64,000 nucleotides of DNA from NCBI GenBank assembly GCA_947053455.1, contig CAMRSV010000001.1, forward strand, positions 64,001 through 128,000. The letters run 5' to 3'. This stretch comes from an uncultured Alphaproteobacteria bacterium. Lineage in GTDB: Bacteria > Pseudomonadota > Alphaproteobacteria > Rs-D84. Of the stretch, positions 10,575 to 20,898 are shown piece after piece. Within the stretch, counting starts at the first letter, position 1; each line of letters begins with the position of its first letter. Below the pieces are notes generated by a model. That model ran no database searches. It was not told where the DNA came from and saw nothing but the letters and a program-made list of their open reading frames with translations. The position numbers were made by a program, and so were the translations under genes.

Positions 10575-10730
10575 AAAAAAACCACTAAAAATCAGTGGTT
10601 GGAGGTTCGAAACAATTATCAGGAATTGTGGGCTTATTTAGTTATATCGCCACCCTCCAACCCATGGTTGGGGGAAAGTTTTTTCCTGATAAGGGGTTTC
10701 GACACCCCGTCCGCGCAACACCCGCCGACA
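10575..10730 (-). ncRNA. C4/CI-like antisense leader cassette, copy 1
   Basis: Transcript sense: targets UCGAAAC and AUCAGGA; complements UCCUGAU and GUUUCGA inside cloverleaf GGUUGGAGG...CCUCCAACC (10596-10662); terminator AACCACU/AGUGGUU plus U tract. Confidence 0.75.
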
Positions 10731-10800
10731 AATTCATTATAAATAAAATAAGAAATAATGTAAAATAAAATATGATTATGCAATCCAAACTTGACGCTAT

Positions 10801-10827
10801 AAAAAAGCCGGCATATGCCGGCTTTTT
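10801..10827. terminator. Intrinsic terminator after the acyl-CoA ligase gene
   Basis: AAAAAAGCCGGCATATGCCGGCTTTTT palindrome. Confidence 0.8.
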
Positions 10828-10829
10828 CC

Positions 10830-12410
10830 CTACTCTTTGCGTATAGGGTATTGCCCGTCAATCAAGTTTTGCCGCACAACATGGTGTTTCACCTTTTGCG
10901 TGCTGGTGGTTGGCAAATCATCGGTTGTCATTGCAAAATGCGTGACCCATTTATAACTTGCAACCTTTTTATTGGCATTGGCGACGGCTGCCGATAGTTT
11001 TTCTAGCGTCATGTCATCTTCAACACTAAACACACCATAAGTAACTGTTTTTCCCTTTACCTTGTGTTCAAAAACAGCGACGTTTTTTACCCCCGGAATT
11101 TCGATGAACATTCCTTCTAATTCATCGGGATAAACATTCTTGCCCGAATCCAGAACAATCACCTGCTTTTTACGACCCGCAAAGTGCAATTCGCCATTCT
11201 TGTCCATGGAAACCATATCGCCCGTGTTAAAGAACCCACGTTCATCAAACACTTCTTCGTTAACACCTGGGTTGTTAAGATAGCCACCAAACACCTGATG
11301 GCCACGCAACCACAGAACACCGACACCATCTTCATTCATGTCGCGAATTTCGCATTCGTTGTTTGTTGTGGGCGCCCCAAAGGCAAATGGCATACGCTTT
11401 TTATTATGCTTTGAAATGCAGATTGGACCGACGGTTTCGGTCAAACCATATCCCTGAATAAAGCGCATTCCCAGACGTTCATAGAAAATCTCAACCTCCG
11501 GCTTGGTGGCGGCACCACCTGCAATCAGCAACGACACACGGCCGCCGAATATTGCGCGCACAGGATTCTGCACTTTCTTTACCAGAAAACCAAGACCGAT
11601 TTTATTCAAGATTTTTCCATATTTTAGCACCAACCGCGCAATCCACCATTTATGCTGCGCCTTTAGCGTATCTATTATTCGGTTACGAATTACCTCAAAC
11701 AAACGCGGAACCGCCGGAATTGCATGCGGCCGGTATTTCTTGAAGTCTTCCATAATTTCCTTTGGATTGACCGTCGGCTGCAACAGAACGCCCGCACCAT
11801 AATGCAGCGTCGCCAGAATTTCAACCGCGAACCCAAAGATATGATACATCGGCAAGAAACCGTACATAATTTCGCCGGCATGAAAATATTCACGCATGTC
11901 ATCCAGCGAATTTGCACACTCAATCAAATTAAAGTGTGTCAGTGGTACAACCTTTGGCGTGCCGGTTGAACCGGATGTGAACGACAATGTCGCAACGTCC
12001 AGCGTTTCCAGCGCGGCTGGTTTTAAGGCCGGGTTTATTTTGCCGTCTTTCTTATTAATGTCATAAAACTTGAATTTATTGGTCTTATAAAAGAAAGACT
12101 TTTCCGCACACACAATGTGACAATCCGTTGTGGATGTCATGTTATCGTATTCAAACGGTGTTAGATTAGTATCCAGCAGCAACACCGTGCCCCCCAGATA
12201 CCATATTGCGAACAAAGTTATCGGAAATTCGGGAATATTGTGCGACAACAGCCCCACGATATTTCCGCGCTTAACACCCGCCGCGGCAAGTGATGCGGCA
12301 CGTGCCTTTACCATATCTTGGAAAGCGGAAAATGTGACATTTTCACGAACCAAGAAAATATTATCCGGCCATGTTGCAACCGCTTTTTCCAGCAATTGAT
12401 ACATATTCAT
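10830..12410 (-). CDS. Long-chain fatty acid-CoA ligase (AMP-binding)
   Basis: FTSGSTGTPK, QGYGLTE, FNTGD, SGKNVYPDELE motifs. Confidence 0.92.
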   Translation of the reverse strand: MNMYQLLEKAVATWPDNIFLVRENVTFSAFQDMVKARAASLAAAGVKRGNIVGLLSHNIPEFPITLFAIWYLGGTVLLLDTNLTPFEYDNMTSTTDCHIVCAEKSFFYKTNKFKFYDINKKDGKINPALKPAALETLDVATLSFTSGSTGTPKVVPLTHFNLIECANSLDDMREYFHAGEIMYGFLPMYHIFGFAVEILATLHYGAGVLLQPTVNPKEIMEDFKKYRPHAIPAVPRLFEVIRNRIIDTLKAQHKWWIARLVLKYGKILNKIGLGFLVKKVQNPVRAIFGGRVSLLIAGGAATKPEVEIFYERLGMRFIQGYGLTETVGPICISKHNKKRMPFAFGAPTTNNECEIRDMNEDGVGVLWLRGHQVFGGYLNNPGVNEEVFDERGFFNTGDMVSMDKNGELHFAGRKKQVIVLDSGKNVYPDELEGMFIEIPGVKNVAVFEHKVKGKTVTYGVFSVEDDMTLEKLSAAVANANKKVASYKWVTHFAMTTDDLPTTSTQKVKHHVVRQNLIDGQYPIRKE

Positions 12411-12479
12411 CTTAAAAAATCCTTGTTGTTTTTATATTGGACAGTGTGTATTATAATCCCAATAAAAAGGATTGCAATC

Positions 12480-13250
12480 ATGAAAATTTTGACATTAAAT
12501 ATAAATTCAATTCGTGCGCATGCCGAAAGTTTTATCGATGTACTTAAATCCGGCGTATACGACACAATCCTGGTTCAAGAATTAAAGGTGGAAAATGCGG
12601 CATTTCCACACAACCTGTTTGACGATTATGGATATAACATCAAGGTGTTCGGGCAAAAAAGTTGGAACGGCGTTGCGGTATTTTCAAAATTTTCAATCGA
12701 AGACGTGACACGCGGGCTACCAAACTATGCGGACACAAACGCTAGATTTATTGAATGCGTAATAGATGGGCGCGTACGCGTAATATGCGTATACATGCCA
12801 AACGGCGATACGGTTCAGTCACCGAAATTTCCATACAAACTGGAATGGATGCGCGCGTTCACCGATTACATTTCACAATATACCGCGTCACCGGAACCGG
12901 TCGTTATCGCGGGTGACTTTAATGTCGCAATCGAAGACCGGGATGTATGGAAACCCGCAAATTATGTCGGCATAGCCATCGCCGCACCCGAGGCGCGCGA
13001 AATAATGCGCGGGTGGCTGAACGCCGGCTGGATTGACGCATGGCGCACCTTGCATCCAGATACGATTGATTATACATGGTACGGATATCGCGGTGGCGAC
13101 ACAGTTGGCAAGAAAATGGGGTTGCGTCTGGATTATTTCCTGTGTAATCCGGCCGCAATGGCGCATATCACATCATGCGAAATAGATATGTCTCCGCGCA
13201 TGGCGCAAAAGCCCACAGACCACACCGGCCTTGCATTAGAAATGGACTAA
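12480..13250 (+). CDS. xth: Exodeoxyribonuclease III
   Basis: NINSIR, VQELK, GQKSWNGVA, GDFNVA, GLRLDY, TDH motifs; start at Met 12480. Confidence 0.95.
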   Translation: MKILTLNINSIRAHAESFIDVLKSGVYDTILVQELKVENAAFPHNLFDDYGYNIKVFGQKSWNGVAVFSKFSIEDVTRGLPNYADTNARFIECVIDGRVRVICVYMPNGDTVQSPKFPYKLEWMRAFTDYISQYTASPEPVVIAGDFNVAIEDRDVWKPANYVGIAIAAPEAREIMRGWLNAGWIDAWRTLHPDTIDYTWYGYRGGDTVGKKMGLRLDYFLCNPAAMAHITSCEIDMSPRMAQKPTDHTGLALEMD

Positions 13251-13274
13251 AAACACGCGCCGCACAAAAACAGA

Positions 13275-13303
13275 TTGCGACGTGAAATATTTTCTCATAT
13301 AAT
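13275..13303 (+). promoter_or_regulatory. Sigma70-type promoter of cassette copy 2
   Basis: TTGCGA-N17-TATAAT. Confidence 0.65.
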
Positions 13304-13310
13304 AAAAAAT

Positions 13311-13484
13311 GATATGGGGTGTTCCCATATCGGGGTGTCAGAGCCTATGTCACGGCGTCCTTTGTTGGACGATAAATCTCCTGCCGGTCGGCAGGAGGGT
13401 TGATGTTATATATTGAAGACATCACACAATTTCCGTGAAATTGCTCTGAACCTCCTGCCACTCTAATAGAGTGGTTTTATTTTG
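13311..13484 (+). ncRNA. C4/CI-like antisense leader cassette, copy 2
   Basis: Targets TCAGAGC (13338) and TCACGG (13350); complements CCGTGA (13433) and GCTCTGA (13443); closing stem GGCAGGAGG/CCTCCTGCC; anti-stem CTCCTGCC; terminator GCCACTCT/AGAGTGGT plus T tract. Confidence 0.75.
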
Positions 13485-13503
13485 ATACGAGGGGTGAGTA
13501 AAA

Positions 13504-14703
13504 ATGAAATTCAAAAAAATATCATATGCACTTGTTGCAATTATATGTACCATTGACGCATATGGCAAGGATATGCCTTCAAATATAAAAGAAGCATGGG
13601 GCAGCCCTACACTAATTTCTGAATCTTGGAGTCGCGGCAAAGGCCACGACAGCAGCACAAACATGCCAGACCAGACATTCTGGATGAGTAAAAAGGTTCG
13701 CGCCGATAACGCAAACGACGAAGCGATTGTAATTGTATACATGGCGCGCCAAGTTGTAGAACACGGTGGATACTTTTGCGCGACGCAACTGCGTTCACGA
13801 AACAGCGGAAAATCCGGATGCCCGAACATTTGGACCCAATATCAAAATCCAACCGGCGATTTTGAACGCACATGCTTTTGGTTATGCGAACCGGGATACA
13901 CCGGCGAAAATTGTGTCAGTGGTAAGGCAAAATCCGCAGACGCATGCAAATACACAAATTTATCCGCGGCCACACTATTAAAAGATATAGGGTTTCAACA
14001 AATGGGTGGCTATGACACCGCAACGGTGGAAAGCGCCATACATGATGCCGGCGCACGATTTTTTTATAGCAATACAACTCGCAAATCCGACGAATCTGAT
14101 GTCATCCTTTTGGCAAAAGAATATCTTGAAAACGGCCACGGAATTGTTGCATCACCCGCAACATTTTCCGCGCACGGTGGCATGTGGAATGCAGAGAATT
14201 ATTCCGATGAATGGCTGGATTGCAAATATGGCGATTCTAATTTAACCGTGACCGCTAATGGCGGCGGGTACACAACAAAAAAACTGTGCATGCCGGGATT
14301 TGACGGCGAAGATTGCACAACGACATATTGCAAAACATGCGACGATACGCTTGCCAAATACAATGATAAAACAGGTTCCTGCAGTGACTGTATTGAAAAC
14401 CATATCCGCAACAAAGAAGGCAAATGCGAAAAGTGCCCGGCCGGAACAACTGCGGTACAGGATAAAAAAATCTGCCTAGAGTGCAAGAAAACCGAATATG
14501 TAAAGGATGGCGAATGTGTGCCACGTGATGTAATTGAAAAAAGCGTGCTTTATAACTGCTATCCGAATGAAAACGCAAATGATTTCAAGGCATGTGTATC
14601 AAGTACATGTACAAATGACGCAAAGGTAAAATGTGTAACCGCGCAAAAACAAATTGGCACCAAAAAATGCACCGGCGGTAAATGGGGTACATGCACAAAA
14701 TAA
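13504..14703 (+). CDS. Secreted Cys-rich protein (EGF/furin-like CEPGYTGENC, CMPGFDGEDC, CxxC repeats)
   Basis: Signal peptide; abundant Cys; GAGGGG RBS. Confidence 0.8.
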   Translation: MKFKKISYALVAIICTIDAYGKDMPSNIKEAWGSPTLISESWSRGKGHDSSTNMPDQTFWMSKKVRADNANDEAIVIVYMARQVVEHGGYFCATQLRSRNSGKSGCPNIWTQYQNPTGDFERTCFWLCEPGYTGENCVSGKAKSADACKYTNLSAATLLKDIGFQQMGGYDTATVESAIHDAGARFFYSNTTRKSDESDVILLAKEYLENGHGIVASPATFSAHGGMWNAENYSDEWLDCKYGDSNLTVTANGGGYTTKKLCMPGFDGEDCTTTYCKTCDDTLAKYNDKTGSCSDCIENHIRNKEGKCEKCPAGTTAVQDKKICLECKKTEYVKDGECVPRDVIEKSVLYNCYPNENANDFKACVSSTCTNDAKVKCVTAQKQIGTKKCTGGKWGTCTK

Positions 14704-14710
14704 TGGCAAA

Positions 14711-17215
14711 TTAATCCGCAATACGTGCTAAATCGTCGTATGCGCGGTATTTTGCATCCGTCGTCGCGCGGTATTCATATGGCGCGGTGCCTGCTGAATA
14801 CATGTTAAAAAGTGCCGCCACCTTATCCACTGCTGCACGCATCATCTGCGCGGTTGTCACCGCATCATATTTAATGGCACGCGCATCATTTGCGCGCAGT
14901 TGCAAAAATGTCATGACGGGTGTTGCCGGTGCGGTGACATCCGAAAATCCGCCCGATTGCAGTATATACGCCTCAAGCGGTAATTGCGGCATGTTTCCGT
15001 CCATCAATTGTTTTGCCGACGGTGCGGCTCCTGTTTTTATATCCAGTACGCCCGCCGACCACACCAAATCGGCACGCGCACGAACGCGCCTGCCGGCAAT
15101 ATCGACCGCGCCGTCAATTTCTGAAAACGCGCCCGGCAATGCGTTCAACTCATTTGAAATAACCGGGGCAATTTCCAAAAAGCGTCGGTGCCAGAAATGA
15201 AACAGCACATTGTCCGCGCCCAATATTTCGACCGCGCGCCTATCCATGTCCGCGACAAGCGCCGCGGGCGCAAAATTACGTGCATCACTCACCGCATAAT
15301 GAACCAAATTTCCAAACATGCGCGCATCAACCCCCATCCAGTAATCGTCAATCGGCCGCAGCCGCAGGATATGACGCACGTAAAACGCATACGGATTATG
15401 TATCAATAATTCCAGTTCAGTTACAAAAACATCCGACCAGTCCGCCGGTGGGCACGGCGCTGAATAATCCAACGGGCATGGCGACACATTATCGCGCGTG
15501 CGCACTGCGCCCAATATATCTGATGCAATGGCATCATTGATATCCGCACCACGCACCACGCACCGCGACAAAAATCTGGATTCGGTCGTGGTGGCGCCAC
15601 CGGCCGTTCTGCTACGCGTCCAGTACACATCCGCCCCACATGACAGGTTCATAAAGTCCAGTGACATTAATGACACTTTTCTATCAGCGGGCGGTAACCC
15701 TATCTTTTCCGCAAGCGCACGCGGCAACCATGAATTTTCATATCCACGCGCCGGAAACATACCGTCGTTAAGCCCGGTCAAAATCACGACATCGGCGGTT
15801 TGCATTCTAGATTCAATTGTACCCAAAACAGTTATGGCAGCGCAATCTGGCATTATGCCACGCACCGACACAGTAGACAGCGCGTCGCTTACAAATGCGC
15901 GCGCATCTGCCACAGAAAGTTTCAAGCCCACGCGTCCCACACAATCAGACAAATTTTTTATTGCCATAAAAACAGCCATCGATGACGCATCATCCAATAA
16001 AAACTGCGGCGCAAATTCATATAACTTTTCATCGACCGTGCGGGCAATTATTTCAAACAAATCACCACCGCATGCAGCGTATAATTTTTCAAACGCGCCG
16101 TCATCCTTTTCAATCCACGCATCAAACATGTTAAGTATCGCACGCCCCGCCGCCGTCATTGCGCCCGGCACGCCGCCAGAAAAATCGGCCGACAGTCCAC
16201 GCGCCGCAAACGCGGTTGCAATACGCTGATTTGCGGCGGCATCGGGGGTTATTATTAAAACACTTTTGCCCGCATCCGCCGCACGTGATGCAATCTCTGC
16301 AACGGCAAGGGCTTCTTCTGACTCACGCGCGCATTCAATCAAACGACAATTTGAAAGTCCATATTGCCCACAATCGGTGCCGTCATTTCCAAATGCCACA
16401 TTCATAAAGTCAATTGCAGACGGGCCAACATCAATCTGGATGACATCTGACGGCGACACGCCAACGCGTCGTAAAAACTTATATTCGCAATGATATGGAT
16501 TTGTCGGCAGTTCAAAATCAGACGTGCGCCCGGAAATTTTCCCCGGCAATATAATGCGGCCATTGGGCGCACTTGCCACGGCCGCCATCAAATCGGCCGT
16601 TGCAGGGACACTGGCGGTGGACGCGCACACAACAACCAGTTCATATTCACCGATATAATCTATCCATGCACGTATCGTGCGATTACGCACAGCAGTTGTT
16701 GTTGGCCGCCCCCCGCGATACGCCGGCATTGCCGTTGACAATATGTTTAAAATTGCTGCTTTATGCTGAAAATGTGCGGCATATTTTTCATCAACCAATG
16801 TCGCCCAATCTATGGATGAAATATCAATCCCTTCATTTTCCAGATATGACGACATACGCACCAAATCACGTGCAATCGGCAAAGCCGTAGACAGGTTTCC
16901 AATATCTGCATCCGCCGCAAGAAGCCCAGACAGAGCCGCAACCTGCTCTGTATCGGAAACGGCGTCGGATGCGTCAAAATCATCATCGGGGTCAAATTCA
17001 TCTGCGCCCTCGCCTAGCGCCACAAGACGCGGCAGCATGCATGCACCGCCGGCGCGTGCCACAATTGCCCGTTCCACGGTACGCACGGCGCGACGGCTGG
17101 GTAAAAATATCAAAACATGGGATAAATCAACCCCCGATGCGTCCAGCACTCCGATTAATGCATCCGTCATTCGCGCCGGATTTGTCACACAAAAAATGTT
17201 TTTATTTGATACCAA
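14711..17215 (-). CDS. addB: Double-strand break repair protein AddB
   Basis: FLPSRRAVR, LVALGE, LGTIESRMQ, PYAFYVRHILRL, C-terminal RAD...DIKTG PD-(D/E)xK nuclease with PQLPLE. Confidence 0.9.
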   Translation of the reverse strand: MVSNKNIFCVTNPARMTDALIGVLDASGVDLSHVLIFLPSRRAVRTVERAIVARAGGACMLPRLVALGEGADEFDPDDDFDASDAVSDTEQVAALSGLLAADADIGNLSTALPIARDLVRMSSYLENEGIDISSIDWATLVDEKYAAHFQHKAAILNILSTAMPAYRGGRPTTTAVRNRTIRAWIDYIGEYELVVVCASTASVPATADLMAAVASAPNGRIILPGKISGRTSDFELPTNPYHCEYKFLRRVGVSPSDVIQIDVGPSAIDFMNVAFGNDGTDCGQYGLSNCRLIECARESEEALAVAEIASRAADAGKSVLIITPDAAANQRIATAFAARGLSADFSGGVPGAMTAAGRAILNMFDAWIEKDDGAFEKLYAACGGDLFEIIARTVDEKLYEFAPQFLLDDASSMAVFMAIKNLSDCVGRVGLKLSVADARAFVSDALSTVSVRGIMPDCAAITVLGTIESRMQTADVVILTGLNDGMFPARGYENSWLPRALAEKIGLPPADRKVSLMSLDFMNLSCGADVYWTRSRTAGGATTTESRFLSRCVVRGADINDAIASDILGAVRTRDNVSPCPLDYSAPCPPADWSDVFVTELELLIHNPYAFYVRHILRLRPIDDYWMGVDARMFGNLVHYAVSDARNFAPAALVADMDRRAVEILGADNVLFHFWHRRFLEIAPVISNELNALPGAFSEIDGAVDIAGRRVRARADLVWSAGVLDIKTGAAPSAKQLMDGNMPQLPLEAYILQSGGFSDVTAPATPVMTFLQLRANDARAIKYDAVTTAQMMRAAVDKVAALFNMYSAGTAPYEYRATTDAKYRAYDDLARIAD

Positions 17216-17756
17216 TCACAGCCCTTAATTTATCAAGACCCGTTTTCTTTTCCGCAGATGTTTCCAAAATTTCAGCCACCATTGCACCGTGCGAATCATG
17301 AGATAATTTTAGTTGCTCGGCCTCTCGCACTTTTTTATCTTTCTTTGTATACACGATTTGATACGGCACGGCATGCGCATCGCAAAAATCCATCAGTTCC
17401 AAATCCGCATTACGCGGCCCGATGCGTGAATCAATTAAAATAAACAAACGTCTCAATTGGCGCCGCGATAACAGATATTCCTCTAGCCGCTCCAGCCAGC
17501 GCAACGCATCTGTTTTAGATACACGCGCATATCCATAACCCGGCAAATCAACAATCATTACGCGGTCATCTACATTGAATAAATTTAGCGACTGCGTGCG
17601 CCCCGGCGTGTTTGATGTACGCGCCACCGGCGCACCAAGCACCGCATTTATTAACGAGGATTTGCCCACATTACTGCGCCCAACAAAGGCGTATTCTGAA
17701 AACAGTGTATTCGGTAAATCTGCCACCCGTTCAAAACTGCCAACAAATTTTATCAT
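17202..17756 (-). CDS. engB: Ribosome biogenesis GTPase YihA/YsxC
   Basis: GRSNVGKSSLIN, TPGRTQ, DLPGYGYA, TKKD. Confidence 0.95.
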   Translation of the reverse strand: MIKFVGSFERVADLPNTLFSEYAFVGRSNVGKSSLINAVLGAPVARTSNTPGRTQSLNLFNVDDRVMIVDLPGYGYARVSKTDALRWLERLEEYLLSRRQLRRLFILIDSRIGPRNADLELMDFCDAHAVPYQIVYTKKDKKVREAEQLKLSHDSHGAMVAEILETSAEKKTGLDKLRAVIGIK

Positions 17757-18550
17757 TCGTCCCCCTTTTCCAACAGGCGCTTGTAAGCTTCTTTCTTTGA
17801 AATTCCGGTTCGCGCGGCCAAGTCTGCCGCCGCCGATTTTGTGGATGCGTTTGACACGACATCATTCACGATTTCTGATATCTGTGCGTCCGTCATAACG
17901 CGATCGGGGGCCGGCGCGACAACAATCACGATTTCACCACGCGGCGGCGTTATGTTCACCAAATCCGCCGGATATCCGATTATGCATTCCTCGTGCAACT
18001 TGGTTATTTCACGAACTATTGCAATCTGGCGTTCCGGCATAACGCGAGCCATGGCGGCAACAGTCGCCATGATGCGGTTCGGACTTTCATAGTAAATTAT
18101 GGTGTGGCGTATTTTATTGTCGGCGGATAATTTCTTTTCATCAAAAAATCCGCAAAATGTGAATCTGTCGGTTGGAAATCCCGACAACACCAACGCAGAA
18201 ATCGCCGCCGTGGGTCCTGGTACGACAAACACCGGCAACCCGGCTGCACGCGCAGCTCGCACCAGACGAAAGCCCGGGTCACTGATGCCGGGCATGCCGG
18301 CATCGGACACGGCTGCCACCGCCGCGCCAGACGCAATCTTTTCAATAATTTCAGGAACCGCGTCACGTTCATTATGCTCGTGACAGGAAACACGTGGTGT
18401 CTTTATATCAAAATGCGTGGCCAGCTTGCCAAAAACCCGCGTATCTTCGGCCGCGATTAAATCCGCGCCACGCAATACGTCAATCGCACGCGGCGACATA
18501 TCGGATAAGTTTCCAATTGGTGTTCCGACAATATAAAGCCCTGTTTGCAT
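17753..18550 (-). CDS. rsmI: 16S rRNA C1402 2'-O-methyltransferase
   Basis: LYIVGTPIGNLSD, AEDTR, SDAGMPGISDPG, YESPNR, REITKLHEE; start at Met 18550. Confidence 0.95.
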   Translation of the reverse strand: MQTGLYIVGTPIGNLSDMSPRAIDVLRGADLIAAEDTRVFGKLATHFDIKTPRVSCHEHNERDAVPEIIEKIASGAAVAAVSDAGMPGISDPGFRLVRAARAAGLPVFVVPGPTAAISALVLSGFPTDRFTFCGFFDEKKLSADNKIRHTIIYYESPNRIMATVAAMARVMPERQIAIVREITKLHEECIIGYPADLVNITPPRGEIVIVVAPAPDRVMTDAQISEIVNDVVSNASTKSAAADLAARTGISKKEAYKRLLEKGDE

Positions 18551-18598
18551 TCGTAATCCTTTTGTAGTAAAATGATACAAAATAAAATGGATTTTGCA

Positions 18599-20197
18599 AT
18601 GTATATGAACAGATTTTTGATTTTTGGTGCTTTTGGGGCGATACTGGCGGGGTGTGCACAAAATTCGCAAAAACGTGACTGGTTTTCCGAATACGGTGAA
18701 ATTCCGACCGGCACACCGGTTCAGATGCAATACGGCACAACGCCCACATCTGCGGTAGATGTTGATACCCCACGACGCATGGCGGTAATGCTGCCATTAT
18801 CAGGCGACGCGGCCACTGCGGGCAACGCGATACAATCGGCAATAGAAATCGCCGTACTACAGAACGCGCCAAAAAACCTGTCTGTTTCGTTTTATGACAC
18901 GGCGATTGATGCACCACGACAAATCGCGACCGCATTGGCGACAAATCCCGAAATAATTATCGGGCCGCTGTTCGCGCGCGATGCCAACATGGTTCGCACA
19001 CAAAAGGGAATGGAAACCCCAGTTTTATCCTTTACATCAGACGCGACCGCGGTGGGTGGCGGCGTTATGACAATGGCACTTATGCCCACCAATAGTGTCG
19101 AGGCAATTATCAACGAAATGGCTGCGGATCGCGTTGATAATTTCATAATAATTTCCCCAGACAATGAATCAGGGCGACTAATGGCGGGTGTCGCGACACA
19201 GGCTGCAAAATTACAACAGATTAAGATAAGTGGCATATTCTACTATACGGAAAATGATACGGAATCTATAAAAAATGCGACGATTGATGCAACCATGAAT
19301 AAGGCACGAACCGCCGCCAACACCCGTGCACGCGAAATACTGTCGGACATACTGACAACGGAACGGCTAACAGCGATTGAAAAATCCGATTTGACTATGC
19401 AATTGGAAAAAATATCAAAGACCGACACAATCGGCAATCTGCCCTATAATGCGGTTCTGTTTTTGGGGTCGGGCGACGACACAAAAAGTCTGGCATCCTT
19501 TATGCGCTATTACGGGTTGGGCGCGCGCGACGCACGTTTCTATGGAACGGCCGTATGGGATGGTGCGGACATAATGTACGACCTTACTATGTCTGGGGCT
19601 AAATTTGCGACATTACCGGTGGCAGATGCAGAATTTTCATTACTTTATGAACAGGTAACGGGCGCGCAACCGTCCAGACTTGCCACATTTGGGTTTGATG
19701 CCGCACGCATGGCAATAGGCATGATAAATTCCGAAAAATCCAATGCGGCATACCTGCTGGATCCGAGTGGATACATTGGCACAGATGGGCTGTTGCGACT
19801 GCGCCCCAATGGTGAAAATGAACGCGCATTGCGCATAGTGCAATTAAACGGAACGGCCACACCACGTGAAATAAAACCAGCACCGCAAAATTTCATGAGC
19901 CCGATTTATAACATTGAACAGCGTCATATCTCGGCCGCGGACGCAATGGAATTGGAAACACCGGGGATTAACCCTATGGACTATATCAAAATACCAGACC
20001 GTTTGCGTGACAGATATAATGAGGAAACATACGGAATGCATTTGACAGTTACACCGATTGAGGCCAACACAATTGACAATGTTGTAACCATACTGCCCGA
20101 AGACGACAGCGACGTAATTGTCACGCCGGATTTTCAACCCGTAAATTTGGAATCGGTAAACCGAAAATATATAGAAGATGTTGAAATAACCGAATAA
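18599..20197 (+). CDS. Penicillin-binding protein activator (LpoA/LppC-like) lipoprotein
   Basis: Lipobox LAGC; AVMLPLSG, IIGPLF, GTDGLLRLRPNG motifs; divergent from rsmI as is typical. Confidence 0.8.
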   Translation: MYMNRFLIFGAFGAILAGCAQNSQKRDWFSEYGEIPTGTPVQMQYGTTPTSAVDVDTPRRMAVMLPLSGDAATAGNAIQSAIEIAVLQNAPKNLSVSFYDTAIDAPRQIATALATNPEIIIGPLFARDANMVRTQKGMETPVLSFTSDATAVGGGVMTMALMPTNSVEAIINEMAADRVDNFIIISPDNESGRLMAGVATQAAKLQQIKISGIFYYTENDTESIKNATIDATMNKARTAANTRAREILSDILTTERLTAIEKSDLTMQLEKISKTDTIGNLPYNAVLFLGSGDDTKSLASFMRYYGLGARDARFYGTAVWDGADIMYDLTMSGAKFATLPVADAEFSLLYEQVTGAQPSRLATFGFDAARMAIGMINSEKSNAAYLLDPSGYIGTDGLLRLRPNGENERALRIVQLNGTATPREIKPAPQNFMSPIYNIEQRHISAADAMELETPGINPMDYIKIPDRLRDRYNEETYGMHLTVTPIEANTIDNVVTILPEDDSDVIVTPDFQPVNLESVNRKYIEDVEITE

Positions 20198-20222
20198 AAA
20201 ACCGGCATATGCCGGTTTTTTT
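20196..20222. terminator. Bidirectional intrinsic terminator
   Basis: AAAAAACCGGCATATGCCGGTTTTTT between convergent genes. Confidence 0.8.
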
Positions 20223-20243
20223 ATTGTTTTTATCAGTCTTACA

Positions 20244-20825
20244 TTAGCGAATTTTGCCGCCATAGCATTTTTCCAAAAAAGCCTTATTTGCACGTTCCTG
20301 CTCTTTTGTAAATTCATCTGCCAAGCGTAATAATTCATATCGCGACGACACCACATCTACAACTTCATATAGCCAATGTTCCTTCTGTGCGTCTAAATCA
20401 TAATCTGTTCGCTCGTTTTGCTTGTCCAGCAGTACACGCATTTTTATACGATCCTGTTTTTCCAATTCGGCAACAACAGAATCCAACCATTCCTGCGCAG
20501 GCGAAATCGCCGGCTGAAAATAATTATAGATATTCGCGCGGTAATTGCGGCGTTCAACACAGCGCCAGCCGCCCTGTACGCGCGATTTTATCTTTGATTT
20601 TTTGACCTTGCACTCTTTTACGTCTGTTTTAAAATCTTTCTTTTGCAAAAGCGGTATTTCATTTGGTCGTGGCGTTGCATGCACCTTCTTTACCGCAGCC
20701 ACGTTACGCGATACTGCTTTCGGATTTTTTGAATTCAAAACAGAGCCATGCACATCAAAGAAAAAATGCGTCGGCTTAAATTTATATTTATTTTTCATTA
20801 TATTTTCTTTTTTTAACACTTTCAT
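20244..20825 (-). CDS. Hypothetical Lys-rich protein
   Basis: 193-aa ORF with AAGGAG RBS; no recognisable motif. Confidence 0.65.
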   Translation of the reverse strand: MKVLKKENIMKNKYKFKPTHFFFDVHGSVLNSKNPKAVSRNVAAVKKVHATPRPNEIPLLQKKDFKTDVKECKVKKSKIKSRVQGGWRCVERRNYRANIYNYFQPAISPAQEWLDSVVAELEKQDRIKMRVLLDKQNERTDYDLDAQKEHWLYEVVDVVSSRYELLRLADEFTKEQERANKAFLEKCYGGKIR

Positions 20826-20898
20826 AAAATCTCCTTATGGGGTTGCAATAATATACAAAAGAACAAAAACATTCAACAAAAAAATTTTTGGTCAAAAA

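Noticed and set aside
10596-10605. An encoded CCA tail on every cloverleaf
   Set aside because: Only three copies end CCA and the other three end CCG; the CC is paired in the closing stem.
10634-10861. ORF-track peptides overlapping cassettes (also 24484..24702, 51412..51651, 60161..60394) as leader peptides
   Set aside because: No shared frame, strand or sequence among copies and no clear RBS; best treated as chance ORFs.
10801-20222. Identical CCGGCATATGCCGG palindrome at 10808 and 20202 as an operator or REP
   Set aside because: Both are flanked by A and T tracts just after stop codons, which is adequately explained as intrinsic terminators.
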